In this document: one piece after another, positions 7,453 to 16,610 of the stretch
Position numbering within the stretch: position 1 is the stretch's first letter
Layout of the letters: the number at the start of each line of letters is the position of its first letter
Origin: Xylanibacter ruminicola 23
GTDB lineage: Bacteria > Bacteroidota > Bacteroidia > Bacteroidales > Bacteroidaceae
Length of the DNA: 32,000 bases
Direction: 5' to 3'
NCBI RefSeq assembly: GCF_000025925.1
Contig: NC_014033.1
Span: 2,310,001 to 2,342,000 of the forward strand
The notes under the pieces: model-generated
Told to the model about the DNA's origin: nothing
The model's database searches: none
The model's input: the letters and a program-made list of their open reading frames with translations, nothing else
Position numbers and translations under genes: made by a program

Positions 7453-8706
7453 ATGAAACTACTAAAACTACTATTCTCAGCTACCCTACCACTTCTGAGC
7501 ACGAGCAATACTTTTGCTCAGAAGTACGTAGGTGGCGATATCTCCATGCTACCCAAATACGAAGAGGCTGGCGTGGCATATAAGGATCAAGCAGGTAATA
7601 CAGTAACTGATGTACTGGCATTCTTTAAGCAAGAAGGCCTGAATGCTATGCGTGTGCGCTTGTTTGTCGACCCGAGCAAGGACAACGACAAGGCCGTATG
7701 TCAGGATCTGGAGTATGTAAAAACCTTAGGCAAGCGCATTAAGAACGCGGGCTTAAAACTAATACTCGACTTTCATTATAGCGACACCTGGGCCGATCCT
7801 GGCAAACAGTGGACACCCGATGCGTGGAAATCGCTTACTGACGAGCAACTGAACACCAAGATTTACGAGTACACCAAAGATTGCTTGGAGCAGTTGACAG
7901 CCGCAGGGTCAACACCCGACTTTATCCAAACAGGCAATGAGATTTCGTTCGGCATGCTATGGGGCACCAAAGCAGTAGCTGATGGCAATAACACCAATCG
8001 CTGTTATACCAACTCGCCCGCAGCCAACTGGACGCGCTTTATCAGCCTATTGAAACAGGCAGGCAAGGCTTGTCGCGAGGTGTGTCCTGAGGCCAGAATC
8101 ATTATCCATAGTGAACGTACCCCAGATACCGATGTGCTTGCAGATTTCTTCGACCGTATGAAGACAGCCTCGCTCGATTTCGATATCATCGGTCTGAGCT
8201 ACTACCCTGCCTATCATGGCGATCTGAACCAACTCGAAGCGGCCATCACAACCTTGGAGAACAAGAATTATGGCAAGGACATCATGGTGGTAGAAACTGG
8301 CTACAGCTATGCATGGGCATTAAGCGAGACCACATTCGATTATAGAGCCACCTACCCTTACAGCGAAGAGGGCCAGCGACAGTTTACCGCCGACCTTGTG
8401 ACGATGCTGAACAAGCACGAATCAGTAAAGGGCCTGTTCTGGTGGTGGATGGAAGATAACGGAGAAAAAGGTGTTACTGATGGTTGGTGGAACGCAGCCT
8501 TATACAATCACAAAACAGGGCAACCCTACGCAGCCTTCTACGAGCTGAAGAACTTTGCCAACAGCAGTACCGGCATACAAGGTGTTAAGAATGGTAGATG
8601 CGAGGATTGTGCATGGTACTCGATGGATGGGAGGCGATTAGCCAGCACGCCATCCAAAAACGGCATATACATCAAGAACAAACAAAAAGTAGCTTTTCGC
8701 AAATAG
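7453..8706 (+). CDS. Arabinogalactan endo-beta-1,4-galactanase, glycoside hydrolase family 53, with a short T9SS-CTD-like tail
   Basis: It has a signal peptide and GH53 hallmarks: GGDISMLP, NAMRVRLFVDP, DFHYSDTWADPGKQ, QTGNEISFGMLW and MVVETGYSY. Confidence 0.85.
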   Translation: MKLLKLLFSATLPLLSTSNTFAQKYVGGDISMLPKYEEAGVAYKDQAGNTVTDVLAFFKQEGLNAMRVRLFVDPSKDNDKAVCQDLEYVKTLGKRIKNAGLKLILDFHYSDTWADPGKQWTPDAWKSLTDEQLNTKIYEYTKDCLEQLTAAGSTPDFIQTGNEISFGMLWGTKAVADGNNTNRCYTNSPAANWTRFISLLKQAGKACREVCPEARIIIHSERTPDTDVLADFFDRMKTASLDFDIIGLSYYPAYHGDLNQLEAAITTLENKNYGKDIMVVETGYSYAWALSETTFDYRATYPYSEEGQRQFTADLVTMLNKHESVKGLFWWWMEDNGEKGVTDGWWNAALYNHKTGQPYAAFYELKNFANSSTGIQGVKNGRCEDCAWYSMDGRRLASTPSKNGIYIKNKQKVAFRK

Positions 8707-8726
8707 AAAAGCTACTTTCTGTTTTT
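8688..8726. terminator. Bidirectional intrinsic terminator between the GH53 gene and the convergent TolC-like gene
   Basis: A perfect 11-bp stem pairs agtagcttttc (8688-8698) with gaaaagctact (8706-8716). It has T-rich tracts on both strands and overlaps the GH53 stop codon. Confidence 0.7.
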
Positions 8727-8731
8727 ATGCA

Positions 8732-10063
8732 TTAGAAGTTCAAATCCTTACCTCGGTAGAACTCTAACAGGGCCTGCTGGTAGAGATTCTCGTATCGGGC
8801 CTGAACCAGATCCGACTCTGATTTCATATAATTATTCTTAGCCTCGTTAAACTCCGTGATAGTAGCTTTACCATTCTCGTACTTAGCCTGTACCAGATCG
8901 AAGGCATCCTTCGAACTCTTAACAGCCTCAGCAGAGCTCTGAGTCTTGGTCTGCGCATTCAGGGCATTATAGTACACCTGCTGAATCTCCTTATACAGGG
9001 TTTTCTTGGTGTTGTCGAGCTGCAGCTGCTGATTAGCCTGATCTACACGTGCACTACGAATGCGATTCCGGGTAGAGAAACGGTTAAAGATAGGCACACT
9101 CAGATTTAAGCCGATATACTGACTGAAGTTGTTCTCCAACTGCTTACCCAAACCATCTGACTTGAGACCTGAAGTGGTGTAGTAGTTAGTACCCAAACCG
9201 CCACTGAGCGAGAGTGTAGGATAGTAACCTGCCTGAGCAATCTTAATGCTATGAGCAGCACCCTTCAGTTTTAACTGCTGTGAGAGAATCTCTGGTTTGA
9301 TACCAAGCGCCTCTGCATAAACCTGATCAGGAGTAACAATATTAACCAGATTGGCAATCATATCCAAATCTTCTTTGGTTGGGCGATTAATTGCGAATCC
9401 CTCAGGTGTATCAAGTTCCAGCAGTTGGGTTAGCGTCAGGACGGCCAGACGCATATTGTTATCTGCCTGAGTAGCAGTCAGCTTACTGTTGGCCAGAGTA
9501 GCTTTCTGCTGTGAGAGTTCAACACCACTGGCCTTACCATTATCAACAAAAGCCTGAAGTCGAGCCACCTGAGCAGAGTCGATTTCAATCTGGCGATGAG
9601 CCACATCAGCCATCTCCATATCGTACAGAATCTGCACATAAGCCTGAGCCACCTGCATGCGGATATCGTTCTTAGCCTTCTCCAGATCAGCAGTAGCTGC
9701 TTCGAGATTCAGCTGATTCAGTTTAATCTGGTTGGGGATCTCGAAACCTGTGAACAAAGGTACACTTGCGCCCAACTGCAGCGATGTGCTACTGGTATTC
9801 TTATTGGTATAGGTATTATCCATTGTCAAACCACGTCCGAACGAGAAGTTCTGACTTACACTACCGCTCAAATCTGGCAAACGCGAGTTCTTGGCAGTAG
9901 AGAGTTGTATCTCCTGCTGGCGGCACTGGTTCTGCTGCTGCTTAATGCCGATATTATGCTCCACTGCATATTCACAGCATTCACGCAAGCCCCATGCCTT
10001 CTGGGCACTAGCAGTACCAAGGCCCAGCGAACCAATCATCAATGCAAAAACATATCTTTTCAT
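8732..10063 (-). CDS. TolC-family outer-membrane efflux protein
   Basis: The 443-aa ORF has a signal peptide and two repeated halves of coiled Q/A/L-rich helices plus beta segments, typical of OEP/TolC. It is the last gene of the efflux operon. Confidence 0.85.
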   Translation of the reverse strand: MKRYVFALMIGSLGLGTASAQKAWGLRECCEYAVEHNIGIKQQQNQCRQQEIQLSTAKNSRLPDLSGSVSQNFSFGRGLTMDNTYTNKNTSSTSLQLGASVPLFTGFEIPNQIKLNQLNLEAATADLEKAKNDIRMQVAQAYVQILYDMEMADVAHRQIEIDSAQVARLQAFVDNGKASGVELSQQKATLANSKLTATQADNNMRLAVLTLTQLLELDTPEGFAINRPTKEDLDMIANLVNIVTPDQVYAEALGIKPEILSQQLKLKGAAHSIKIAQAGYYPTLSLSGGLGTNYYTTSGLKSDGLGKQLENNFSQYIGLNLSVPIFNRFSTRNRIRSARVDQANQQLQLDNTKKTLYKEIQQVYYNALNAQTKTQSSAEAVKSSKDAFDLVQAKYENGKATITEFNEAKNNYMKSESDLVQARYENLYQQALLEFYRGKDLNF

Positions 10064-10069
10064 AATCGC

Positions 10070-11182
10070 TTATTTTTCATTATCGTCTGTAACAATCTCT
10101 GGGCCACGTACCTTATCCTTGGCAGTTATACCCTTCTTAATCTCAATGTTCACACCGTCAGAGAGACCTGTTTCAACAAAAGTGCGATCGTAGGTTTTAT
10201 TTTTGCCTTTACCTTTGATCACGTAAACAAAGGTGCTGTCGCCACTAAACTCGATGGCGCTTTCTGGGATGCAGAGCACCTTGTTGGCCTTGTCCAACAC
10301 GATTTCGGCATTAGCACTGTAGCCAGAACGGATTTTTCCACCCTCTACAAGTTTTACAGCTGCCTTAATCTCAAACTGGTTGGTTCCGTTGCTCTCGATA
10401 GCCTTTGGCGAGATGTATTCCAATGCAGCATCAAACTTCAGGTCCTGCAGGGCACCAATCGTAATTTTCATATTCATGCCGTTAACCAACTGTCCTACCT
10501 CAGTCTCATCGATATTACCACGGAAAATCAAATCCTTCATATTAGCCACTGTGGCAATCGTGGTACCATCGTTAAAGGTATTCGACAGGATAACCGAATT
10601 ACCCACCTTAACAGGGATATCGAGAATAACACCGCTAATGGTAGAACGGATGAGAGTTGAAGAAGCTTTAGCATTCGACTTCGACACACCATCGCGCACC
10701 ACTTCGAGAGCATCCTGTGCAGCCAGCTTTTCGTGCTTGGCCTGATTCAGGCTAATCTTAACCTTATCAAACTCATCAGCACTCACCAGTTTCTGGTTAA
10801 AGAGGTTCTGCTCACGCTCGAAATCAGTCTGAGCCTGCTTCAGGTTGATCTCAGCCAGACGTACACGCATCTCAGCACTCGACAGCTGGGCCATATCAGG
10901 AATCACCTTAACCTTAGCTATCACATCGCCAGCGTTCACATAGTCGCCAGGCTCTTTCAACAATTCTGAGATGATACCAGAGATCTGGGGTTTGATATTC
11001 ACCTCGTTACGGGGCTCAATCTTACCTGTAATAATGGTGGTTTTCTGGATGCTGTCGAGCTTTGGAGTAAACTCGTTGTAAACAACTTCCTTGGGCTGGC
11101 TCTTCTGCCACAGGAACACGAATGTTCCGATGAAAATCAACGCGATAATAGCGGCGATAATCAGTTTGCTGTACTTTTTCAT
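10070..11182 (-). CDS. Periplasmic adaptor (membrane fusion protein, MacA/HlyD family)
   Basis: The 370-aa ORF has an N-terminal TM anchor, a lipoyl-like motif (GDYVNAGDVIAKV), a coiled-coil hairpin and beta-barrel domains. Confidence 0.85.
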   Translation of the reverse strand: MKKYSKLIIAAIIALIFIGTFVFLWQKSQPKEVVYNEFTPKLDSIQKTTIITGKIEPRNEVNIKPQISGIISELLKEPGDYVNAGDVIAKVKVIPDMAQLSSAEMRVRLAEINLKQAQTDFEREQNLFNQKLVSADEFDKVKISLNQAKHEKLAAQDALEVVRDGVSKSNAKASSTLIRSTISGVILDIPVKVGNSVILSNTFNDGTTIATVANMKDLIFRGNIDETEVGQLVNGMNMKITIGALQDLKFDAALEYISPKAIESNGTNQFEIKAAVKLVEGGKIRSGYSANAEIVLDKANKVLCIPESAIEFSGDSTFVYVIKGKGKNKTYDRTFVETGLSDGVNIEIKKGITAKDKVRGPEIVTDDNEK

Positions 11183-11226
11183 ACTTCTTATAGTTTTTAT
11201 TATTATATTCTATATTTTTGCTAATT

Positions 11227-12471
11227 TTACTCGTCTCTCATTGCGTCTACCGGTTTAATGCTCATGGCTCGAGCGGCAGGGGCTAATCCAGCTAACAAGC
11301 CAAGCGAGCTTACGATAAAGGCGCAGAATATAGCCGTCCAGAAGGTCACCTGGAAGTGAATACTCACGATGCCATCTTCTGTATTGGCCATTTCGAGCAT
11401 CTGCAGTATCATGACGGCAAACAGGATGCCGCTCATACCCGCCACAAGCGTTAGCACAATGCTCTCGCTGATAATCTGCGATAGGATCATCTTAGGGGTA
11501 GCACCGATGGCACGACGGATACCGATCTCTGTGGTACGTTCCTTAACCGTTACCATCATGATGTTCGACACGCCTATGGCACCAGCCAAAAGAGTTCCAA
11601 GACCAACCAACCAGATGAGGATATTCACACCCTTAAACAGATTATTAATCAACTGGAACATCAGTTCGGTATTAAATACAAACACCCCTTGCTCGTCAGT
11701 AGGATCCACATAGTGCGCTCTGGCCACCGTCTCACGGATACGTGGTGTGATTTTACTCATCAGCACACCTGGGCGACCAATAGCAGCAATGACGTCAACG
11801 GCGTTACCACGATTAAAGGCTGCCTTCATCATCGTGATGGGAATGGTGACTCTTTCTTCTGATCGACCACCAATAGAAATACCGCCTGCACTATAATCGA
11901 CACCCACCACCTCGTAATAGGTGGAATCCACACGTATTTTCTTTCCGCAAGGGTCGCCACCTTCCTTAAACAGGTCCTTGTAGATTTTTTTACCAATCAC
12001 GCACACCTTGCGTTGTTCCTGTATGTCCATCTCGTTGATGAAACGACCGTAGTACATCTTTGGTGCGATGATTTTCACCATCTCAGGCACGGCACCCTGC
12101 ATATTAGGTGTGGTCTTCTGGTCGCCATAGTAGGCCGTCGAGCCACGTCCCATCAGGATAGGAGCTACAGCTTCCAGTTCAGGAATCTGCTGTTTCAGGC
12201 GTTCCACATCCTTATAATCCATATACCAGCTACGCCCTTTACGGAACCCTTTATAGGGTTTCGAGGTCTGCTCGGCACCAACAATCACTGTATTCTGCGC
12301 AAAGCCTTCGAAATTGCTATACAACTTCTCCTTCACGCCCTTTCCGCCTCCCATCAGGGCAACAAGCATAAACACGCCCCAGAACACACCGAAACCGGTG
12401 AGGAACGAACGCGACTTGTTTCGCGTCAGCGTGTCGATGATTTCTCTGTATGAATCTATATCCAGTCTCAT
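11227..12471 (-). CDS. MacB/FtsX-family ABC transporter permease
   Basis: The 414-aa ORF has TM1, a large periplasmic domain and a C-terminal FtsX 3-TM bundle (VKERTTEIGIRRAIGA). Confidence 0.85.
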   Translation of the reverse strand: MRLDIDSYREIIDTLTRNKSRSFLTGFGVFWGVFMLVALMGGGKGVKEKLYSNFEGFAQNTVIVGAEQTSKPYKGFRKGRSWYMDYKDVERLKQQIPELEAVAPILMGRGSTAYYGDQKTTPNMQGAVPEMVKIIAPKMYYGRFINEMDIQEQRKVCVIGKKIYKDLFKEGGDPCGKKIRVDSTYYEVVGVDYSAGGISIGGRSEERVTIPITMMKAAFNRGNAVDVIAAIGRPGVLMSKITPRIRETVARAHYVDPTDEQGVFVFNTELMFQLINNLFKGVNILIWLVGLGTLLAGAIGVSNIMMVTVKERTTEIGIRRAIGATPKMILSQIISESIVLTLVAGMSGILFAVMILQMLEMANTEDGIVSIHFQVTFWTAIFCAFIVSSLGLLAGLAPAARAMSIKPVDAMRDE

Positions 12472-12502
12472 TTGACTATTTCACTATTTACGATTTTACA
12501 AT

Positions 12503-13759
12503 TTAATCTGCGCGAAGTGCCTCAATGGGGCGGATTCTACTTGCTTTATAGGCTGGAATAAGTCCTGCGATAGTACCTGCAATCACCATCACCAGTGTGG
12601 CCTCGATACAAACATCCAGTCCCACGGTAGGGTTAACAAACAGTGTAAGCTTCTCAACTCCCAGGTCGGTAACCTCATGCCCCAGCGTTGCGTCCATATA
12701 CTCATTAGCAAACACACCACACAGCATACCTACGTAGCCAAACAGGGTGGTGATAATAACACTCTCGACAATAATCAGTCGCAGGATGCTCCAAGGCTTT
12801 GCACCAATAGCCTTACGGATACCAAACTCGTGGGTGCGCTCCTTAACGGTGATGAGCATGATATTACTTACGCCCACGATACCAGAGAGCAGTGTGAAGA
12901 GTCCGATGACCCAAAGGAAAGTATGGATGATATCTATTCCTTTCTCCATCTGCTGGCTTTGAGCATAGTTATTCCATATCCAGATGCCGCGATCATCCTC
13001 AGGGTGAATCTGGTGCATACCATTCAGTCGGCGACGATAGTCCTTCTCAAAGGCCTCGTTGGCATCCTCAGAGGTCAATCCCTTAAACGTAAACTCGATG
13101 CTGCCCAGACTAGGTGTATCGGCGCCATAAATACTCTTGATCGCAGTGTAAGAAGAATAGGCTCTGCCATTACCTTCGCCACGGCTCTTGTAGATGCCAA
13201 CAACCTTGAACGAGATATCGCCCACCTTGATATACTTGCCCAACAACGTTTTATAGTCCTTAGGTTCCAACTCCTTAGCCTGGTTATCACCGAGCACAAT
13301 CACCTTACGGCGATCCTTCAGGTCGATATCATTAATGAATCGGCCACACAGCATGTGCTCTTTGACAATCTTGGTATGAATAGGATGCACACCTGCGATG
13401 CGGATATTCATGTAGTTCTCGCCATAGCTGGCAGTGCCACTGGTAAAATAGTTGGCTCCCACCTCGTCAATATTCTCAGTAAACTCTGTCCGAGTGGCTT
13501 CCAGGTCCTTCACGTTCAACTGTATATCGCGCCCTTCCTTCAAGCCTTTATAGGGCATCGAAGTCCAACCGCCATCAACCTCCATCGAGTTGGTCAGGAA
13601 GTCGCCGTTCATCTTCATCGTGGCATTGATGAGACCGTTTCCGGCTCCCAACAGCACGATGATCATAAAGATGCCCCACGCCACAGCAAATCCCGTGAGC
13701 GTAGTACGAAGTTTATTCCTTCGCGCTGTCTGCCATATTTCAGTTATTATATCGTGCAT
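12503..13759 (-). CDS. MacB/FtsX-family ABC transporter permease (paralog)
   Basis: The 418-aa ORF has the same architecture and motif (VKERTHEFGIRKAIGA). Confidence 0.85.
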   Translation of the reverse strand: MHDIITEIWQTARRNKLRTTLTGFAVAWGIFMIIVLLGAGNGLINATMKMNGDFLTNSMEVDGGWTSMPYKGLKEGRDIQLNVKDLEATRTEFTENIDEVGANYFTSGTASYGENYMNIRIAGVHPIHTKIVKEHMLCGRFINDIDLKDRRKVIVLGDNQAKELEPKDYKTLLGKYIKVGDISFKVVGIYKSRGEGNGRAYSSYTAIKSIYGADTPSLGSIEFTFKGLTSEDANEAFEKDYRRRLNGMHQIHPEDDRGIWIWNNYAQSQQMEKGIDIIHTFLWVIGLFTLLSGIVGVSNIMLITVKERTHEFGIRKAIGAKPWSILRLIIVESVIITTLFGYVGMLCGVFANEYMDATLGHEVTDLGVEKLTLFVNPTVGLDVCIEATLVMVIAGTIAGLIPAYKASRIRPIEALRAD

Positions 13760-13769
13760 AATCTTTATT

Positions 13770-13840
13770 CTTTTGCAACGGACTACAGGACTTTACGATT
13801 TTTCCTTAGTCATTAAGTCGTGTTGTCCGTTGCTAAAAAT
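13770..13840. repeat. REP-like imperfect palindromic element inside the efflux operon
   Basis: The inverted arms gcaacggac (13775-13783) and gtccgttgc (13825-13833) extend to a stem of about 21 positions with 3 mismatches. One arm matches 30555-30585 at 24 of 26 positions. Confidence 0.75.
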
Positions 13841-13841
13841 A

Positions 13842-14561
13842 CTACTTCATTAAACCTCCGCTGCCAAAAGGACTAGCATTATGATCGAGATTCTCTTCTA
13901 TCTGACCTATGACACCATCCTTGATATGTACAATCTTGTTGGTTTCATTAGCCACACCGCTCTCATGAGTTACCACTACGATGGTCATGCCATCCTCTTG
14001 GTTCAGCTTCTTCAGCAGCTGCATCACCTCCACAGATGTCTTCGAGTCGAGTGCACCTGTAGGCTCATCGGCCAGGATAATCTGTGGACGGGTGATGAGT
14101 GCTCTGGCTATTGCCACACGCTGTTTCTGTCCTCCCGACAGTTCGTTGGGGTAATGTTCGGCCCAATCGGCCAAGCCCAGCTTATCCAGATATTCCATCG
14201 CCATCTGGTGACGCTTCTTTCTGGATACCCCTTGGTAGAATAATGGCAACTCAACGTTTTCCACGGCGGTCTTGAAAGAGATGAGATTAAAGCTCTGGAA
14301 AATAAAACCTATCATCTTGTTGCGATACTCGGCAGCCTTACGCTCTGAGAGGTTCCAGATGGGAGTTCCGGCGAGCTCGTAGCTCCCTGAGTCGTAGTTA
14401 TCCAGAATACCTAAGATATTAAGCAGCGTGCTCTTACCCGAGCCCGAAGCACCCATGATGCTGACGAACTCACCCTTTGCGATGTCGAGCGAGATACCCT
14501 TCAGCACATGCAGTGGCTGGGCACCCTGATAGGTCTTGTTGATGTCTTTTAAATGTATCAT
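13842..14561 (-). CDS. ABC transporter ATP-binding protein (MacB/LolD-type)
   Basis: It has Walker A GASGSGKST, signature LSGGQKQR and Walker B ILADEPTGALD. Confidence 0.9.
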   Translation of the reverse strand: MIHLKDINKTYQGAQPLHVLKGISLDIAKGEFVSIMGASGSGKSTLLNILGILDNYDSGSYELAGTPIWNLSERKAAEYRNKMIGFIFQSFNLISFKTAVENVELPLFYQGVSRKKRHQMAMEYLDKLGLADWAEHYPNELSGGQKQRVAIARALITRPQIILADEPTGALDSKTSVEVMQLLKKLNQEDGMTIVVVTHESGVANETNKIVHIKDGVIGQIEENLDHNASPFGSGGLMK

Positions 14562-14602
14562 TGTTATTTATAACTTAGTTTATTTGTATGTTTTGACGTA
14601 GC

Positions 14603-14965
14603 TTACTCGCCAAAAGTTGCATTATATGCATTTTTAACATCTTCTAACGTGATGCCTAACAGCTGCATCTGGCGGAATAATTCTGGCAGTCGCTCTTTCA
14701 CGAACTCCTGCTTGCGCGCCTTCAGAATCTGCTGTTTGGCACCTGGAGTAACAAAGTATCCCAGTCCACGCTTGTTGTAGATGATTTCCTCGCGTGCCAA
14801 CTGTTCATAGGCTTTTACAGCGGTATTAGTATTCACCTCGAGCAGCACGGCATACTCACGTACGCTGGGGATGCGATCATCGTCTTTATATACACCCGAG
14901 AGGATCTCCTCGCACAGCCTGTCGGCCATCTGGATGTAAATCGGTTTATCATTTGTAAAAGTCAT
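14603..14965 (-). CDS. GntR-family transcriptional regulator, YtrA-like short subfamily
   Basis: The 120-aa ORF has a winged HTH (IPSVREYAVLLEVNTNTAVKAYEQLAREEIIYNKRGLGYFV) followed by only a short helical tail. Confidence 0.85.
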   Translation of the reverse strand: MTFTNDKPIYIQMADRLCEEILSGVYKDDDRIPSVREYAVLLEVNTNTAVKAYEQLAREEIIYNKRGLGYFVTPGAKQQILKARKQEFVKERLPELFRQMQLLGITLEDVKNAYNATFGE

Positions 14966-15794
14966 AATTCAACCACTTATTAGTTATTAATTCAAATCCT
15001 TTGAAGATACGGAACGATAACCAGTAATTTACAACAGAGAAGACAGCGAAGAATGCTGTAAGTACATAGGTCATGGCACCAACCCCCTCTTCCATCACAT
15101 CAGCTGTATAGTAAGTATAAAACATGCTTCCGCCATGATGACGCTTAAACCATACAAATGCTGTAATGCCTGCCACAAGTACAATGCTACTGATTACGAA
15201 TGCATACTTGCGGAACAGCGTGCCACCAAGGGTATAGAAAGAATGCAACCATACGAGTCCACTCACCAGAAATGCCAGAGACATCAGGCGATAACCCAAT
15301 GAATGATATGAACTTATACCATCAAATGTCATCATCTTAACCACTTCCGGAAAAACAAACGAATTCCACGAATCACCATAGAACAGAGCACGGAACACTA
15401 CACGCAGCGTATCGCCTACGATAAACGACAGGTGCATCGTCAGGAATCCACATACAGTAGAGAATATGGTGGCTGCCAGAAACTTCTCTAAGTTGGTAGC
15501 AGGCAGCATCAGGAATGCCTGGCGATTTGGTTTCTTATCCAGCTCGACAAACAGGTTACAAATACCTGCCACTACACCAATAATGATGAAAACCACAAAG
15601 AATCCAGCCAGGCCACCAGTATGGGTTCCTACAGGTTCTGTAGAACGGAATATGCCCAACACCATCATCTCCCCCAAGAAAACACCCAGTATGAGTGTCA
15701 AGGCCCACATCAGCTTCGAGTGCATGTTTACACTGATCATCCAGCGCAAAGCCTTTCCAAATCTATTAATATCGAAACTATTCATAACTTTCAA
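14949..15794 (-). CDS. Six-TM membrane protein of unknown family, putative permease partner of the ABC ATPase
   Basis: The 281-aa ORF has about 6 hydrophobic segments. It is a paralog of the upstream gene, sharing motifs INRFGKALRW, LMLPATNLEKFL and VNYWLSFRIF. Confidence 0.7.
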   Translation of the reverse strand: MKVMNSFDINRFGKALRWMISVNMHSKLMWALTLILGVFLGEMMVLGIFRSTEPVGTHTGGLAGFFVVFIIIGVVAGICNLFVELDKKPNRQAFLMLPATNLEKFLAATIFSTVCGFLTMHLSFIVGDTLRVVFRALFYGDSWNSFVFPEVVKMMTFDGISSYHSLGYRLMSLAFLVSGLVWLHSFYTLGGTLFRKYAFVISSIVLVAGITAFVWFKRHHGGSMFYTYYTADVMEEGVGAMTYVLTAFFAVFSVVNYWLSFRIFKGFELITNKWLNYDFYK

Positions 15795-16591
15795 ATGTTT
15801 ACAAATTTACCAATGTTCTGAGTGCGGCAGAAAATCCTGTACGACAACCAGTAGTTAACGATGGCCCAAATGCCGTAAACGGCATCAGAGATATGAAGCA
15901 GCGTAATAGCATCACCGTGAATCATATCAAACTGATTTTCGTAAGAAATAGGGAACAACCATGTTTGTACCATCGACAAGAAGATGAGCACCAATAAGGT
16001 GAAAATCCACGAGTACTTGTGCGAACGGAAGAAGGTGGCACCAAGGGCGAAACACGACTGAAGCCAAAGAAACAAAATAATCAGGGCATTAATAACCGTA
16101 ACCTTCTTTGAGCCAATGGCTTCCCAATTAACAGTGAAAGGATTTAAGCGACCGAACAGAGCGCCTGTTACAGACTGCGGATTGTTACCTATCAGCCAGT
16201 TAAAAACATACTGCACCAAGTCGGCTCCAAAATAAGCTACAACTATAATACCTATTACAAAAATCCAAGTGGCATAGCGCATCAGGTATTTCTCGAAATT
16301 CGAGGCTGGCAACAACAACAGAGCCTGCATATCGTGTTTCCCTTTCATGCTGTTAAACATCATCGCTGGGCCTAAGGCTACTTGAATAAAAAACATCATC
16401 ACCACAACCACGCAACAAGGTTTATAACCTGTATCAGCACCTTTCAGCCAATAAAAGCTGGTAGTAAAAAACAGGAACACCAGCGTAAGAAACACAAACA
16501 TCTGGAGCAGCGAGCGCATGTAGTAGCTCTTGTCGTTAGTGAGCGACCAACGAGCCACCTTTGCAAACCTATGTATATTAAACTGTATCAT
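15791..16591 (-). CDS. Six-TM membrane protein of unknown family (paralog)
   Basis: The 266-aa ORF has about 6 hydrophobic segments and motifs IHRFAKVARW, LLLPASNFEKYL and VNYWLSYRIF. It overlaps the next gene by 4 nt (ATGA). Confidence 0.7.
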   Translation of the reverse strand: MIQFNIHRFAKVARWSLTNDKSYYMRSLLQMFVFLTLVFLFFTTSFYWLKGADTGYKPCCVVVVMMFFIQVALGPAMMFNSMKGKHDMQALLLLPASNFEKYLMRYATWIFVIGIIVVAYFGADLVQYVFNWLIGNNPQSVTGALFGRLNPFTVNWEAIGSKKVTVINALIILFLWLQSCFALGATFFRSHKYSWIFTLLVLIFLSMVQTWLFPISYENQFDMIHGDAITLLHISDAVYGIWAIVNYWLSYRIFCRTQNIGKFVNI

Positions 16592-16610
16592 AAGATTTAA
16601 TGTTTAATCT

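Noticed and set aside
9596-10660. A 354-aa plus-strand ORF spanning the TolC/adaptor junction.
   Set aside because: It is antisense to two well-supported efflux genes and crosses their intergenic gap. Its composition is Leu/Ile/His/Cys-rich with no recognisable motifs, which is typical of a shadow ORF.
12677-13816. A 379-aa plus-strand ORF.
   Set aside because: It is antisense to the FtsX-type permease, which has clear family motifs. It also extends through the REP-like element and has no motifs of its own.
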